Virus record (IMG/VR): IMGVR_UViG_2890906962_000004
Span: 1-64,000 of that record
Source: a virus
Lineage: Duplodnaviria > Caudoviricetes
DNA: 64,000 nt
Reading direction: 5' to 3' (one strand)
In this document: positions 28,620-37,182 of the stretch, piece after piece
Position numbering within the stretch: position 1 is the first letter of the stretch
How the letters are laid out: each line of letters opens with the position of its first letter
Translations under genes and position numbers: made by a program
Notes under the pieces: model-generated
Told to the model about the DNA's origin: nothing
Seen by the model: the letters and a program-made list of their open reading frames with translations, nothing else
The model's database searches: none

Positions 28620-29609
28620 CTATCGACCTACAATTTTGTACTGTAGATAATCACGCATAGCCCCGAAAAGCAGCCCATTAAATCTGCGATGCTTAGCCGA
28701 GTATTTGAAGTTGTGCTTAGTAACTGGTTTGATAAGTGAAGTATTACGCCAAGGCGATGAAGCTTTGGCTACTCGGAAAGGTTCACATTCATCGTAATAC
28801 TGCGACCAATCATGCCATGGCTTTGTTAAGCCCACGAAATGAAATAGCGCTGCTGGCCTATGGGCTAAATTATCATCACATTTATATTTATAATTAAGGT
28901 CGATAATATAGTTGTACAGGTTGTCTATAAATAACACAGTGCCGCAAGTCGCCACATTAATTGCGTCTTGATCATAATATGTAAGAGCATTAAGTTTGCT
29001 GTCGTTAATCAGAACATTCATTGATTTCTCAGTGATGTTTTGTCTATTCCACTCGTCAACGTTAATAAGCATCACGCCTGAGTTAAAATATCCAACTTGA
29101 GCAAAATTAGTACAGAATAATTCATCTGTTTTAATGATATGTTTTGCGCTAGGGTCGTTTACAGCCGCCAAGGTGTAACCACTCAGATCCAGGTCAGCTA
29201 AGTAAGAAATATCACCAGCACAAAACACATCAGAATCGAGGTATAAAACCCTACTAGCCTTGCCGTGGAAGTGATCAGCAATCATCAAACGAAAGTATAT
29301 AGTATGGTTCCAAGCTTTGTTTGATGGCAGTGTTTTGACAAACGCAGCATCAACATTGTAGATGCTAATTGCAGTTTTATGTTTCTGGCATATTTGAGCT
29401 AATTTATCAGCATTACTGCGTGAAATATCGTCAGTGAAAATATGAAATTTTAGGTTTTTATTTTTGTTATTGATAATCACAGATTCAATTGACACGCCAG
29501 CGCCAAATATAAATTTATCATCTGCGCCATAAGCGATATTTAAACATTCTTTTTCTTCAAGCGTAGAAAAATCAACCTGACTTTTGATTAGGTTTTGACC
29601 GAAAAACAT
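28620..29609 (-). CDS. LPS outer-core glycosyltransferase, GT8 (WaaI/WaaJ/WaaO-like)
   Basis: NIAYG.D, YFRL, LYLDSD (DxD), YFNSGV, DQD and HFVGLTKPW. Confidence 0.92.
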   Translation of the reverse strand: MFFGQNLIKSQVDFSTLEEKECLNIAYGADDKFIFGAGVSIESVIINNKNKNLKFHIFTDDISRSNADKLAQICQKHKTAISIYNVDAAFVKTLPSNKAWNHTIYFRLMIADHFHGKASRVLYLDSDVFCAGDISYLADLDLSGYTLAAVNDPSAKHIIKTDELFCTNFAQVGYFNSGVMLINVDEWNRQNITEKSMNVLINDSKLNALTYYDQDAINVATCGTVLFIDNLYNYIIDLNYKYKCDDNLAHRPAALFHFVGLTKPWHDWSQYYDECEPFRVAKASSPWRNTSLIKPVTKHNFKYSAKHRRFNGLLFGAMRDYLQYKIVGR

Positions 29610-29750
29610 TAATTAATCCATTGTGCGATATGATAGGATTAATCTTATATTAGGATTTTGTAAGTTTCTATAAAAAATTGTTAATCTGACTACTTATTGA
29701 ACTGTAATATATTAATTACGCTTAACATATCCTTGTAGCCATTAGTATAT

Positions 29751-30134
29751 TTATTGCTCCTTTTGATCGCTTTTGAATGGCGATATTGTTTGCGTAATCA
29801 CACCGAAAAACTGAGGCCAATCACCATCAAATAATGCTTCATCAGATGAAATTCTTCCCTTCGTTGGGCGATCTAATTGCTCAAGTCGTACCACCCCGCC
29901 AGCCAATACATAGCGCCTTACAACAAATTCCCCATCTATTGTGGCCACAATCAGTGAGCCGCTAGTGGGCTTTACTGCGGAATCAATTACAAGGTAAGAG
30001 TTAGGCTTGATGTATTCGCGTTGTGACCCTTCGGCATAACGCATCAGGTAGACTGACGGTGCACGGGTATTACACAGCTGGTCAAGCGAAAGTGATTGTT
30101 CTTCAAAGTCTTTTGCCGGTGATGGAAAGCCCAT
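29751..30134 (-). CDS. humD: HumD (UmuD'-like) protein
   Basis: Begins MGFPSPA (UmuD' N-terminus); peptidase S24-like; LexA box upstream. Confidence 0.85.
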   Translation of the reverse strand: MGFPSPAKDFEEQSLSLDQLCNTRAPSVYLMRYAEGSQREYIKPNSYLVIDSAVKPTSGSLIVATIDGEFVVRRYVLAGGVVRLEQLDRPTKGRISSDEALFDGDWPQFFGVITQTISPFKSDQKEQ

Positions 30135-30150
30135 ATATCCCCCTAAAATA

Positions 30151-30170
30151 TACTGTACATACATACAGTA
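30151..30170. promoter_or_regulatory. LexA (SOS) box
   Basis: TACTGTACATACATACAGTA = CTGT-N8-ACAG. Confidence 0.92.
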
Positions 30171-30207
30171 TATTAGAGAATTATTGGTAATGAAAGCGCC
30201 CTACTTA

Positions 30208-30546
30208 TTACCAGCGAGGCTCGCCATTAGGCCAATACTCCACCAGCAGCGGCGCACCAGAATACCGGTGGCCTTTTAGGCTCTCGCGCCTAGTAGGTAC
30301 TTCGTCAAAATCCGTCATTGTATTAAGCAAGTAGACTGCCTCGCTAAAGTCCTCAAAGCACCAGCGATAACGGTATGCAGTCACCGCATCCATATCCACG
30401 CACACAGCCCAAGTATAGGCGAGCTTGCTAATTGCCACCCACGAGCCATCATCTAGTTTGCGAGGCATTATGTAGTGGTTCGCTTCTATCCAAGCTTTAA
30501 TGTCGCTCTCACTACCAGAACGGAAAACATCAATGAAATGACTCAT
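30208..30546 (-). CDS. hypothetical phage protein
   Basis: 112-aa ORF. Confidence 0.7.
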   Translation of the reverse strand: MSHFIDVFRSGSESDIKAWIEANHYIMPRKLDDGSWVAISKLAYTWAVCVDMDAVTAYRYRWCFEDFSEAVYLLNTMTDFDEVPTRRESLKGHRYSGAPLLVEYWPNGEPRW

Positions 30547-30638
30547 AGCTTAAAAACACCAACAAAATAACATTATAATATTAAGCTATTATAATATTAT
30601 ATCATGATGTTTTCATCATATAATATTATCATCATATC

Positions 30639-31496
30639 CTAATAAGCTATGACCACGGCTGTTTTGTCTGAGACCTTGTACCAGCAAAGCCCTACTTCAA
30701 CATTTGATGCTTCTTGGTCCAAGGCGTACACCCCTTTGAACCTAAACAAGTTAAACCCAAGTGAATTTTTAGACTTGGCAAAAACAATCCGCTTTGTCCT
30801 TTTATCAACGTTCACAGTCTTGTTGAAATGAATATCAAAATCATCTTGGGTGCCCCCTCTTTTCTTCTCAAATATGTATTGCTCGTCAGTCGATATACTG
30901 TTATCCCAATCAGCATGATTGATCAGCATAGGCCACCAGATTTCGGTATCATGCTCGGTTGGATGCTTTTTTCCACCGCTATAGAAGCTCTTATGGTTGA
31001 AACCAAAAAGCGCTGTTATATCGACAACCTTACGCAAACACACGTCATCTTGAGCATAGATATAACCGTCCTTAATTTTGTTTTTAACATTTAGAATGTC
31101 GTCAAACTCCCACTTTGGGATCGGACCGGCTGATTGCAGTTTTTGCTCTATATAGGCTACGCATTTATCAATTTCTGTATTGAATGCAAAAATATCCTCA
31201 ATGACAGGGATTCGATAAAACTCATGGCCCGTGGCATTTACAATATCGGCTTGGCGTTCTGCATCTTGTTTAACCCGTTTGAGGTGATAAGGTTCATCAA
31301 CTTCAATGTGTAATCCGATTGCAGGAAAATAGAGATCTGTCAGGGATCGCCTTGTGCCAGTGGTAATGTACTGCTGAGTAATAAATTGCACATCAAAACG
31401 ATTCAGTCGATGCAAAATCCTAGATAAAACGTATTGCTCATGTTTCTTATGCTTGGCTTTATATATCTGCTCAATACTGTAGGTATAAGTGTTCAT
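30639..31496 (-). CDS. PvuRts1I/AbaSI-family modification-dependent restriction endonuclease
   Basis: K..EQYVLSRI.H.L, FITQQY, DLYFP....IEVDEPYH; C-terminal SRA-like WWP...W.N, RIVF and F.GVY. Confidence 0.85.
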   Translation of the reverse strand: MNTYTYSIEQIYKAKHKKHEQYVLSRILHRLNRFDVQFITQQYITTGTRRSLTDLYFPAIGLHIEVDEPYHLKRVKQDAERQADIVNATGHEFYRIPVIEDIFAFNTEIDKCVAYIEQKLQSAGPIPKWEFDDILNVKNKIKDGYIYAQDDVCLRKVVDITALFGFNHKSFYSGGKKHPTEHDTEIWWPMLINHADWDNSISTDEQYIFEKKRGGTQDDFDIHFNKTVNVDKRTKRIVFAKSKNSLGFNLFRFKGVYALDQEASNVEVGLCWYKVSDKTAVVIAY

Positions 31497-31610
31497 AATT
31501 ATAAGATGATATTAGGATATGATAATAGGATGGTATGATGATACGAGGATATTACTACTAGCTAATATCATAATATGGTCACATCATGGCTCGATATGAC
31601 CATATCATCT
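31497..31610. repeat. ATGAT/ATCAT-rich putative centromere repeats (similar tracts at ~30570-30640 and ~32545-32745)
   Basis: Dense degenerate ATGAT/ATATCAT/GTCACAT units flanking the parA operon. Confidence 0.6.
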
Positions 31611-31904
31611 TTAAGCTTTCGCTTTTGTTATGAGCGCTTCTAATTCTTTATCAGAAGTATCATCCAACAACATCAGCGCAGCTCTGACCACATCAGAGCG
31701 ATTAGCATTGTCGCCACCTAATTGCATAAGACGCAATTGAGCGCGCTTGATACTATCCATGCTTGCTGGTGGTAGCGTAAATGAATACGCCTTGTATGAT
31801 TCCGTTTTAGGCTTTGAACGAGGCAAGGTGTTATCAGCGCTTCCAGAAGATAAAAACTGCTCTTCTGACATCTTTCCTTGACCTGGTGTGAATGGTTTTC
31901 TCAT
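31611..31904 (-). CDS. small centromere-binding partner of ParA (RHH-like)
   Basis: 97 aa coupled to parA; YSFTL...NRSDVVRAAL. Confidence 0.75.
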   Translation of the reverse strand: MRKPFTPGQGKMSEEQFLSSGSADNTLPRSKPKTESYKAYSFTLPPASMDSIKRAQLRLMQLGGDNANRSDVVRAALMLLDDTSDKELEALITKAKA

Positions 31905-32527
31905 AGCCCTATCTCTTTCATTAGGTTAATGACTTCTTGCTTTGCTTTCTGGTTATCCATTTCGAAAATAGTCTTGGATTGGCCCCAAGCATCACGATGA
32001 ACTTTACGATCACAGATTCGTGATTGCGTTAGCGTCAAAGCCGGAATATCTGCGAGCGCATCAGCGGCCTCATTACCTTCGGTAATAAACATATTCGTGG
32101 GAACCATGTTTAACACGACATAGCCCTTCACTTTCTCATTAAAATCTTGAGCCTCAGTAAAGATCCGGGTGAGATTAGGCATAACATCAAGGTCCATCTG
32201 AGATGCTCGTAGAGGTGATATGAATATGTCGCAAGCAAGTAGGCCATTTCGCATTTCGGCACTATCACGGCCAGCACAATCAACAATAACGAAATCGTAG
32301 TTTTGCCCATGTTCCAAGAGCATGTTCTTGATCCGTCCACTAGCGCCAGTTACAGGGATGTGGTCTAGTTCTTCACTACGATTGTTATACCAGTTGATAA
32401 TTGATTGCTGATCGTCTGCATCAACAACCATTACAGATTTACCTTGCTGCCTAAGATAGCTTGCGATGGCGACAGTGAGAGTGCTCTTACCCACGCCACC
32501 TTTCTGACTTCCTATAACGATAATCAT
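31901..32527 (-). CDS. parA: ParA Walker-type partition ATPase (type Ib)
   Basis: KGGVGKST, VDAD.Q and VIVDC. Confidence 0.93.
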   Translation of the reverse strand: MIIVIGSQKGGVGKSTLTVAIASYLRQQGKSVMVVDADDQQSIINWYNNRSEELDHIPVTGASGRIKNMLLEHGQNYDFVIVDCAGRDSAEMRNGLLACDIFISPLRASQMDLDVMPNLTRIFTEAQDFNEKVKGYVVLNMVPTNMFITEGNEAADALADIPALTLTQSRICDRKVHRDAWGQSKTIFEMDNQKAKQEVINLMKEIGL

Positions 32528-32780
32528 TGTTACCTCATACGGTCCAAATACGATGATATTATGATGTGATGGTCACATGACACGATTATATGACAATATT
32601 ACTCTAATAGGATGTTATCAGAAATATCATGCGTTGATAGCATCATATTAGGGTAATCTAAAAATATAATATGAGGATATGATGATATTATCGTCACATG
32701 ATAGCATGATATTATTTATTGGAAATCATATAGTTATGTCATAAAAAAAGCCCCTTTAGGGGCTTATGTAGATGGCATGA

Positions 32781-33218
32781 TTATAATGGGCTAAAGTTTT
32801 TTTTCACCGCAGCTGAAACAGGTTTGTCAGTTTCAGCTTTGGTATCGGCTGGCGTAGTTTTAACCGCTTTCGTTTGAGGTAACTCAGCCGGTGGCGGTGA
32901 AGCCGCCGCAGTTCGAGGGACGGCCATATTTGCAGCTCCCTCTTTCAACTGCGTATCACTTGTCGCCTCCCACGAAGCAAAACTACTAATGAGTTTTGCT
33001 ATAAACTCACCTTGCGTACCTCTACGATACATAGCCGCAATCGTACTGACCAAACGCGGATCAATTTCCTTCAATGCGCAAGCAGCTAACATGGCCTCAC
33101 GGGCCAAACTGGAAGGGCGTTCTTTAGAGTCTTCTAAATATTCCTGAATCAGTTCGTCTTGCTCGCGTGTTTCAGGCGAGATATAGAATTGAACCTTTAT
33201 GCGTTGGTCATTAGCCAT
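32781..33218 (-). CDS. StbB/ParR-like partition protein
   Basis: Directly downstream of parM; K..FY..P, AL..IDPRL. Confidence 0.8.
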   Translation of the reverse strand: MANDQRIKVQFYISPETREQDELIQEYLEDSKERPSSLAREAMLAACALKEIDPRLVSTIAAMYRRGTQGEFIAKLISSFASWEATSDTQLKEGAANMAVPRTAAASPPPAELPQTKAVKTTPADTKAETDKPVSAAVKKNFSPL

Positions 33219-34187
33219 TTATTCCCCCGATATATACAACATGCCACGTACTAAATCGAATTGCGGATCATTAGAAACAAAGAATCGCTTATCGCTTATC
33301 TTTAATGCTTCCTTAACGTGGTCAGCAACTAGGCTGGCACCACCACCAACAACCGCAACATGAGTAAAACCACTAAACCGTGTAAGAAAGTCAGCTGTCG
33401 CATTGGACAGCGACACAATGGATTTATCTAAAGCCTCACGAATAGTTGGTAGGTTTTCTTCTTTAAAAAGACGGGCAGCGATGAATTCATTGTTATGCCG
33501 GTTCTTCACAATTGCGTCAGCAATGCGCCATGATGATTGACCATTAACAGCTCGTAATGCTTGATCAACTTCTCGCGTCACCGCTGAGGCACCAATGCTT
33601 GCATTGCCTTCAACTTTTACCAGGGACGCTGTTTCACCCTGAATGAGTGAAACATCTAGCGTTGTCCCACCTAAATCAACAACCAGCAACGCATCTAAAT
33701 CTGTTAGCTCAGAAACCTTAGCGACCGCTGCAGGAATTGACTCAGGGGAAACACTAACTTTTTCGATAATGAAAGCTTGGCCACCTAGCACCTCTACAAC
33801 CTGACCGACAGAGGCTTTTTTCTTCTCGATGTTGTTCAGGTTAGGCTGATTATTATGGTCGTAAAACTCACTCAATGGCAGCGTGACGAGCGCGTGCACT
33901 GGCTGAGGTTCTAGCCCTGATTGCTGTAGGGCGTGTTGAATAGCAACAGCATTTGCAGCGCTGTACTGCCATTGAACGTTATTGGTCATAACAATTGAAG
34001 TGCTCATTGGTGAAAATGAGAAATCTTCCCCTGTACAACGGTAGTTATATACCTGGGACTCACCAGTAGGGGGTGAAAGCTCTTTTTTGAAAGTGTTGTT
34101 TGTGAGGGCGGTTTTAACCTCACCATTCCCATCTTTCCAAGCCAATTTAATACCAGTTGAGCCATCATCAATATAAATCTTTTTCAC
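33219..34187 (-). CDS. parM: ParM/StbA actin-like partition ATPase
   Basis: IDDGST.IK, VTLPLSEFYD, PESIPA, DLGGTTLD and VGGGA. Confidence 0.93.
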   Translation of the reverse strand: MKKIYIDDGSTGIKLAWKDGNGEVKTALTNNTFKKELSPPTGESQVYNYRCTGEDFSFSPMSTSIVMTNNVQWQYSAANAVAIQHALQQSGLEPQPVHALVTLPLSEFYDHNNQPNLNNIEKKKASVGQVVEVLGGQAFIIEKVSVSPESIPAAVAKVSELTDLDALLVVDLGGTTLDVSLIQGETASLVKVEGNASIGASAVTREVDQALRAVNGQSSWRIADAIVKNRHNNEFIAARLFKEENLPTIREALDKSIVSLSNATADFLTRFSGFTHVAVVGGGASLVADHVKEALKISDKRFFVSNDPQFDLVRGMLYISGE

Positions 34188-34253
34188 TGCTTGCTACTCC
34201 TTTAGGGTTCCTGCAACAACAATAACCTATTAGAAAAAGATTGTGAATAATTC

Positions 34254-34482
34254 CGAGATTAAAAAGAGACACTTTGAGATTTAATTGTTTCTTTATTGCT
34301 CTTTTTGAGATTACTTTAATCCCAAAACCCTCGTTACGGGTCATTTTAATCCCAAACACACCCATAAAAAGCCCTCAAAACCCCCCTTAATAATCCTAGA
34401 ATTTTGTCAACTTGAGGAAACAGACCCGATTTAATCCCAAATAGATTCATTTAATCCCATAAACGATAGAATGGGATTAATT
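34254..34482. repeat. parC-like repeats (TTAATCCC / GAGATT)
   Basis: TTAATCCC near 34316, 34347, 34431, 34452 and inverted near 34473, upstream of parM. Confidence 0.6.
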
Positions 34483-34559
34483 TGAACCAATAATAACCCT
34501 GCTTCCATCACATCATCGCTTTACACCATAAGCACTTACAAATCGTCTATCGCACTCTG

Positions 34560-34583
34560 CGCAAATCTCTAACTGGCTAAAGT
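34560..34583 (+). promoter_or_regulatory. putative late promoter
   Basis: CGCAAATCTCTAAC + 4 nt + TAAAGT. Confidence 0.75.
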
Positions 34584-34611
34584 CGCCGTGCATATCTAGT
34601 ACGGAGGTTAT

Positions 34612-34896
34612 ATGGCAGCAATTGGCACCATTCAAAGCATTGATACCGGACACGGATCATTCCCACCAAGAAAGGTTGCTGAGGACGTTTCCTGGTTCAC
34701 CGTTAACGGACAACCGGCAATCGTTGAAGGCGATTTATTCCCACTGCATACCGATGGACATAGCGCGCATACGGGTAAAGCCGTCACAACGCGTAGCTGG
34801 TTTTCCATCGGTGGAAAAGGGGTGGTGTGTGTCGGTGATCCAGTTTCGTGTGGCGGCAAGGTGGCAACCGGTGACGGTTCGCTGCAAATAGGCTGA
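34612..34896 (+). CDS. PAAR spike-tip protein (UpfC-like)
   Basis: GHG.FPP, NG.PA...GD...H, VGDPVSCG. Confidence 0.88.
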   Translation: MAAIGTIQSIDTGHGSFPPRKVAEDVSWFTVNGQPAIVEGDLFPLHTDGHSAHTGKAVTTRSWFSIGGKGVVCVGDPVSCGGKVATGDGSLQIG

Positions 34897-34927
34897 CGAG
34901 CTTTTCACTCAAGACTAAGGGGAATAA

Positions 34928-35440
34928 ATGGGCGCGTTAATCAAGCTCACTTTAAAAGGACTCGGCTTGCGAGGCTTCATGCTCATGGCGCTGGTGGCGG
35001 TAACTGCCTACCTCAGTGCTAAAGGCGTTAGCAAGTACCACGAAATGACTTCCGCTATAGCGACCTATACGCAAAACGCTGAAAAGGACGCCGCAGAGAA
35101 AGCCACTTTACGAGACAACATCCATGCAGAAAAAACACGCGCTGACGCCGCTGAAAGCAATTCCAAGTTGCTTGCAGATCAGATGGCCCACCAGCAAACA
35201 GAAGCCAAAAACTACCAAGACCAATTAAAAGCATTACAGGACCAGAAGGACAAAGACGATGCAGCGACTCAAGAAACCATACAACGACTTAACCACGAAC
35301 TTAGCCTTGCTGGCGTTCACAATGTTCGCGTACCTGATCCTGTTATCAGGCTGCAGCAACAAGCAATCTGCCGCGTTAACGGCACCTGCGCCAGTAGTAA
35401 CCGTGACAAAGCTCGTCACGCCGCCACCAGTAACCGTTGA
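34928..35440 (+). CDS. Rz-like inner-membrane spanin
   Basis: N-terminal TM plus coiled coil; overlapped by a lipoprotein gene. Confidence 0.75.
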   Translation: MGALIKLTLKGLGLRGFMLMALVAVTAYLSAKGVSKYHEMTSAIATYTQNAEKDAAEKATLRDNIHAEKTRADAAESNSKLLADQMAHQQTEAKNYQDQLKALQDQKDKDDAATQETIQRLNHELSLAGVHNVRVPDPVIRLQQQAICRVNGTCASSNRDKARHAATSNR

Positions 35441-35600
35441 TCCGTATGAACCGTGCCGACTGCCTAATGACGTGCCGGTATGGATGAATGATTACCCTAG
35501 CTACGTCACGTTAACCGCGAACAAAGTAGGGCAGTGCAACGAGCGCAATAAAGCGATTTCTGATCACAATGCGGCGCTAGTGGCCGATAGGAGTATTTAA
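35259..35600 (+). CDS. Rz1-like outer-membrane lipoprotein spanin
   Basis: Lipobox LLSGC; Pro-rich; overlaps Rz-like gene in another frame. Confidence 0.75.
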   Translation: MQRLKKPYNDLTTNLALLAFTMFAYLILLSGCSNKQSAALTAPAPVVTVTKLVTPPPVTVDPYEPCRLPNDVPVWMNDYPSYVTLTANKVGQCNERNKAISDHNAALVADRSI

Positions 35601-36136
35601 TGGAATTTATTATGTTTTTACGTTGGGTGCTCGGTACCCTGAGTTTCTTCATTGCGGCACCGTTCGCCTACATCCTTGCGCCATTCGTTGCGCTGTATTC
35701 GGTGATTAAGAACGACACCGCACCACGGCTGTTCTACTACCTGTTAACGCCGGATAATCCCCTGGACGGCGACAAGTACCATTTAGCACGTTGGCCGAAT
35801 AACAGCGCGTGGGGTAAATGGCTACGCCGTACCGCATGGCAATGGCGCAACGTGCTGTATAACTTCCGTTACGACTTGTTAGGGGTGGATGTATGCCCGG
35901 CTCAAGCGCGTTGGTATGGTGATCAGTCCGTTAACGGTGAAGTAAGCAAGAAAGGCTGGCAGCTTGCGATCGATGAAAACTCGAATACGTTTAGTTTCTT
36001 TGCCTTCCTGGTTTATCCAGGCACTCGCCACGGTGTACGAATGTATCTTGGTTGGAAGTATAAGAACGGCCAGCGTGATACAGCAGTGAAACGTAAAATG
36101 CTCTCGTTTTGTATCAATCCCGTGTGGGGTGGATAG
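35600..36136 (+). CDS. conserved phage membrane-associated protein
   Basis: TPDN.LDGD..W.WRN..Y.F..R.YLGWK motif. Confidence 0.75.
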   Translation: MEFIMFLRWVLGTLSFFIAAPFAYILAPFVALYSVIKNDTAPRLFYYLLTPDNPLDGDKYHLARWPNNSAWGKWLRRTAWQWRNVLYNFRYDLLGVDVCPAQARWYGDQSVNGEVSKKGWQLAIDENSNTFSFFAFLVYPGTRHGVRMYLGWKYKNGQRDTAVKRKMLSFCINPVWGG

Positions 36137-36171
36137 GGGAGTCAAAAAAAGGCCGCTTAATGCGGCCTTAT

Positions 36172-36630
36172 TTATGAGTATTTGCGGTCAATCTCTCGGC
36201 GTTGGTGCGCTATAGAGCGTCTAAGTTGCTGGTGGAGTGGTGTTTCTTCAAACGAAAGCCTACGCAAGAAATTTACCGACTGAACATACGCGTTAAACGC
36301 TTCAAAACGTCCCTGCAGTGACAGGAAGTAAGAGCTCAGTCCTGCATCTAACACAACGTACATATTAATAAATGTTCTGATCCCATCATCGGGACCGTTG
36401 ATGATATTGAACATACTCAGCAATGCGCCTCGCCAGATAAAGCGATAGCTCTTATCGGTGCGCTTGTGTATGTAGAGAAAGGCTAACAGGGTGCAGAAAC
36501 CAACGAAAAAAGCGTGTTGCGCTGTCATGCCTTTGAGTAGGGAATAAGGCAAGAGGCTGAAAATAAGCGAGGCAAACACCATAGGCACTAATAGCAGTAC
36601 GTTTTTGATGATCAATACAATAGTTCTCAC
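36172..36630 (-). CDS. hypothetical membrane protein
   Basis: 152 aa; hydrophobic N-terminus. Confidence 0.65.
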   Translation of the reverse strand: MRTIVLIIKNVLLLVPMVFASLIFSLLPYSLLKGMTAQHAFFVGFCTLLAFLYIHKRTDKSYRFIWRGALLSMFNIINGPDDGIRTFINMYVVLDAGLSSYFLSLQGRFEAFNAYVQSVNFLRRLSFEETPLHQQLRRSIAHQRREIDRKYS

Positions 36631-37034
36631 AGCGTTACCTCTTTCACGACTTCTTTATCCTTACATTGCTTTAATACGCTGATCAGCCCTGAGCTAATCG
36701 AGCCGTTTCCACGCGCTCTTAGCACTGGAATTAAGCCAGCCGGAACATAAAGCGAGGTTGATACACCTTCACGGATTTTTCGGGGTTGCCCTGCATCATT
36801 GGTGCATTGGTCGATTTTCTTCCACGTCCGGTTATGGCTCAGTGAGCTATCACCCGAATAAACGACATTACGGCCAGTTTTCACGGTGATTTTCTCTGCG
36901 AGCGACAAAAGCTCCTTATCTTTGAAAAGCTCTTTTACGATCTGTTTTAGCTCCGCTTTGCTCGTACATCTACGCACGTTACTGCGCTGCCGGCCATTCG
37001 AGTATTCGAGATAAACCGTATATTCCATCGACAA
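36627..37034 (-). CDS. hypothetical protein, possible C-terminal RHH
   Basis: 135 aa; SLYVP....L...GNGSIS.G. Confidence 0.7.
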   Translation of the reverse strand: MSMEYTVYLEYSNGRQRSNVRRCTSKAELKQIVKELFKDKELLSLAEKITVKTGRNVVYSGDSSLSHNRTWKKIDQCTNDAGQPRKIREGVSTSLYVPAGLIPVLRARGNGSISSGLISVLKQCKDKEVVKEVTL

Positions 37035-37113
37035 TTACCTATTAGAAAATAATGAGTTAGGAATTCATTATAATATAGTAATAAAATTATTTTTTTATTA
37101 TTTTTGATTGTTC

Positions 37114-37137
37114 CGCAAATCTCTAACCTCCTAAATT
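37114..37137 (+). promoter_or_regulatory. putative late promoter of the capsid operon
   Basis: CGCAAATCTCTAAC + 4 nt + TAAATT. Confidence 0.8.
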
Positions 37138-37182
37138 CGTCTCTGCCAAAAGTATTATCCGCGCCCTAAATAGGGCAAAAAA

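Noticed and set aside
34612-34896. Type VI secretion or eCIS interpretation of the PAAR/sheath/tube genes
   Set aside because: Capsid, Cre/lox, dar and lysis genes show a complete P1-like phage context
5571-36172. Recurrent AGGCCGC...GCGGCCT hairpins (5571, 6865, 18471, 36150) as a mobile repeat family
   Set aside because: Each has an adjacent T- or A-run and sits in an intergenic position, which fits ordinary intrinsic terminators
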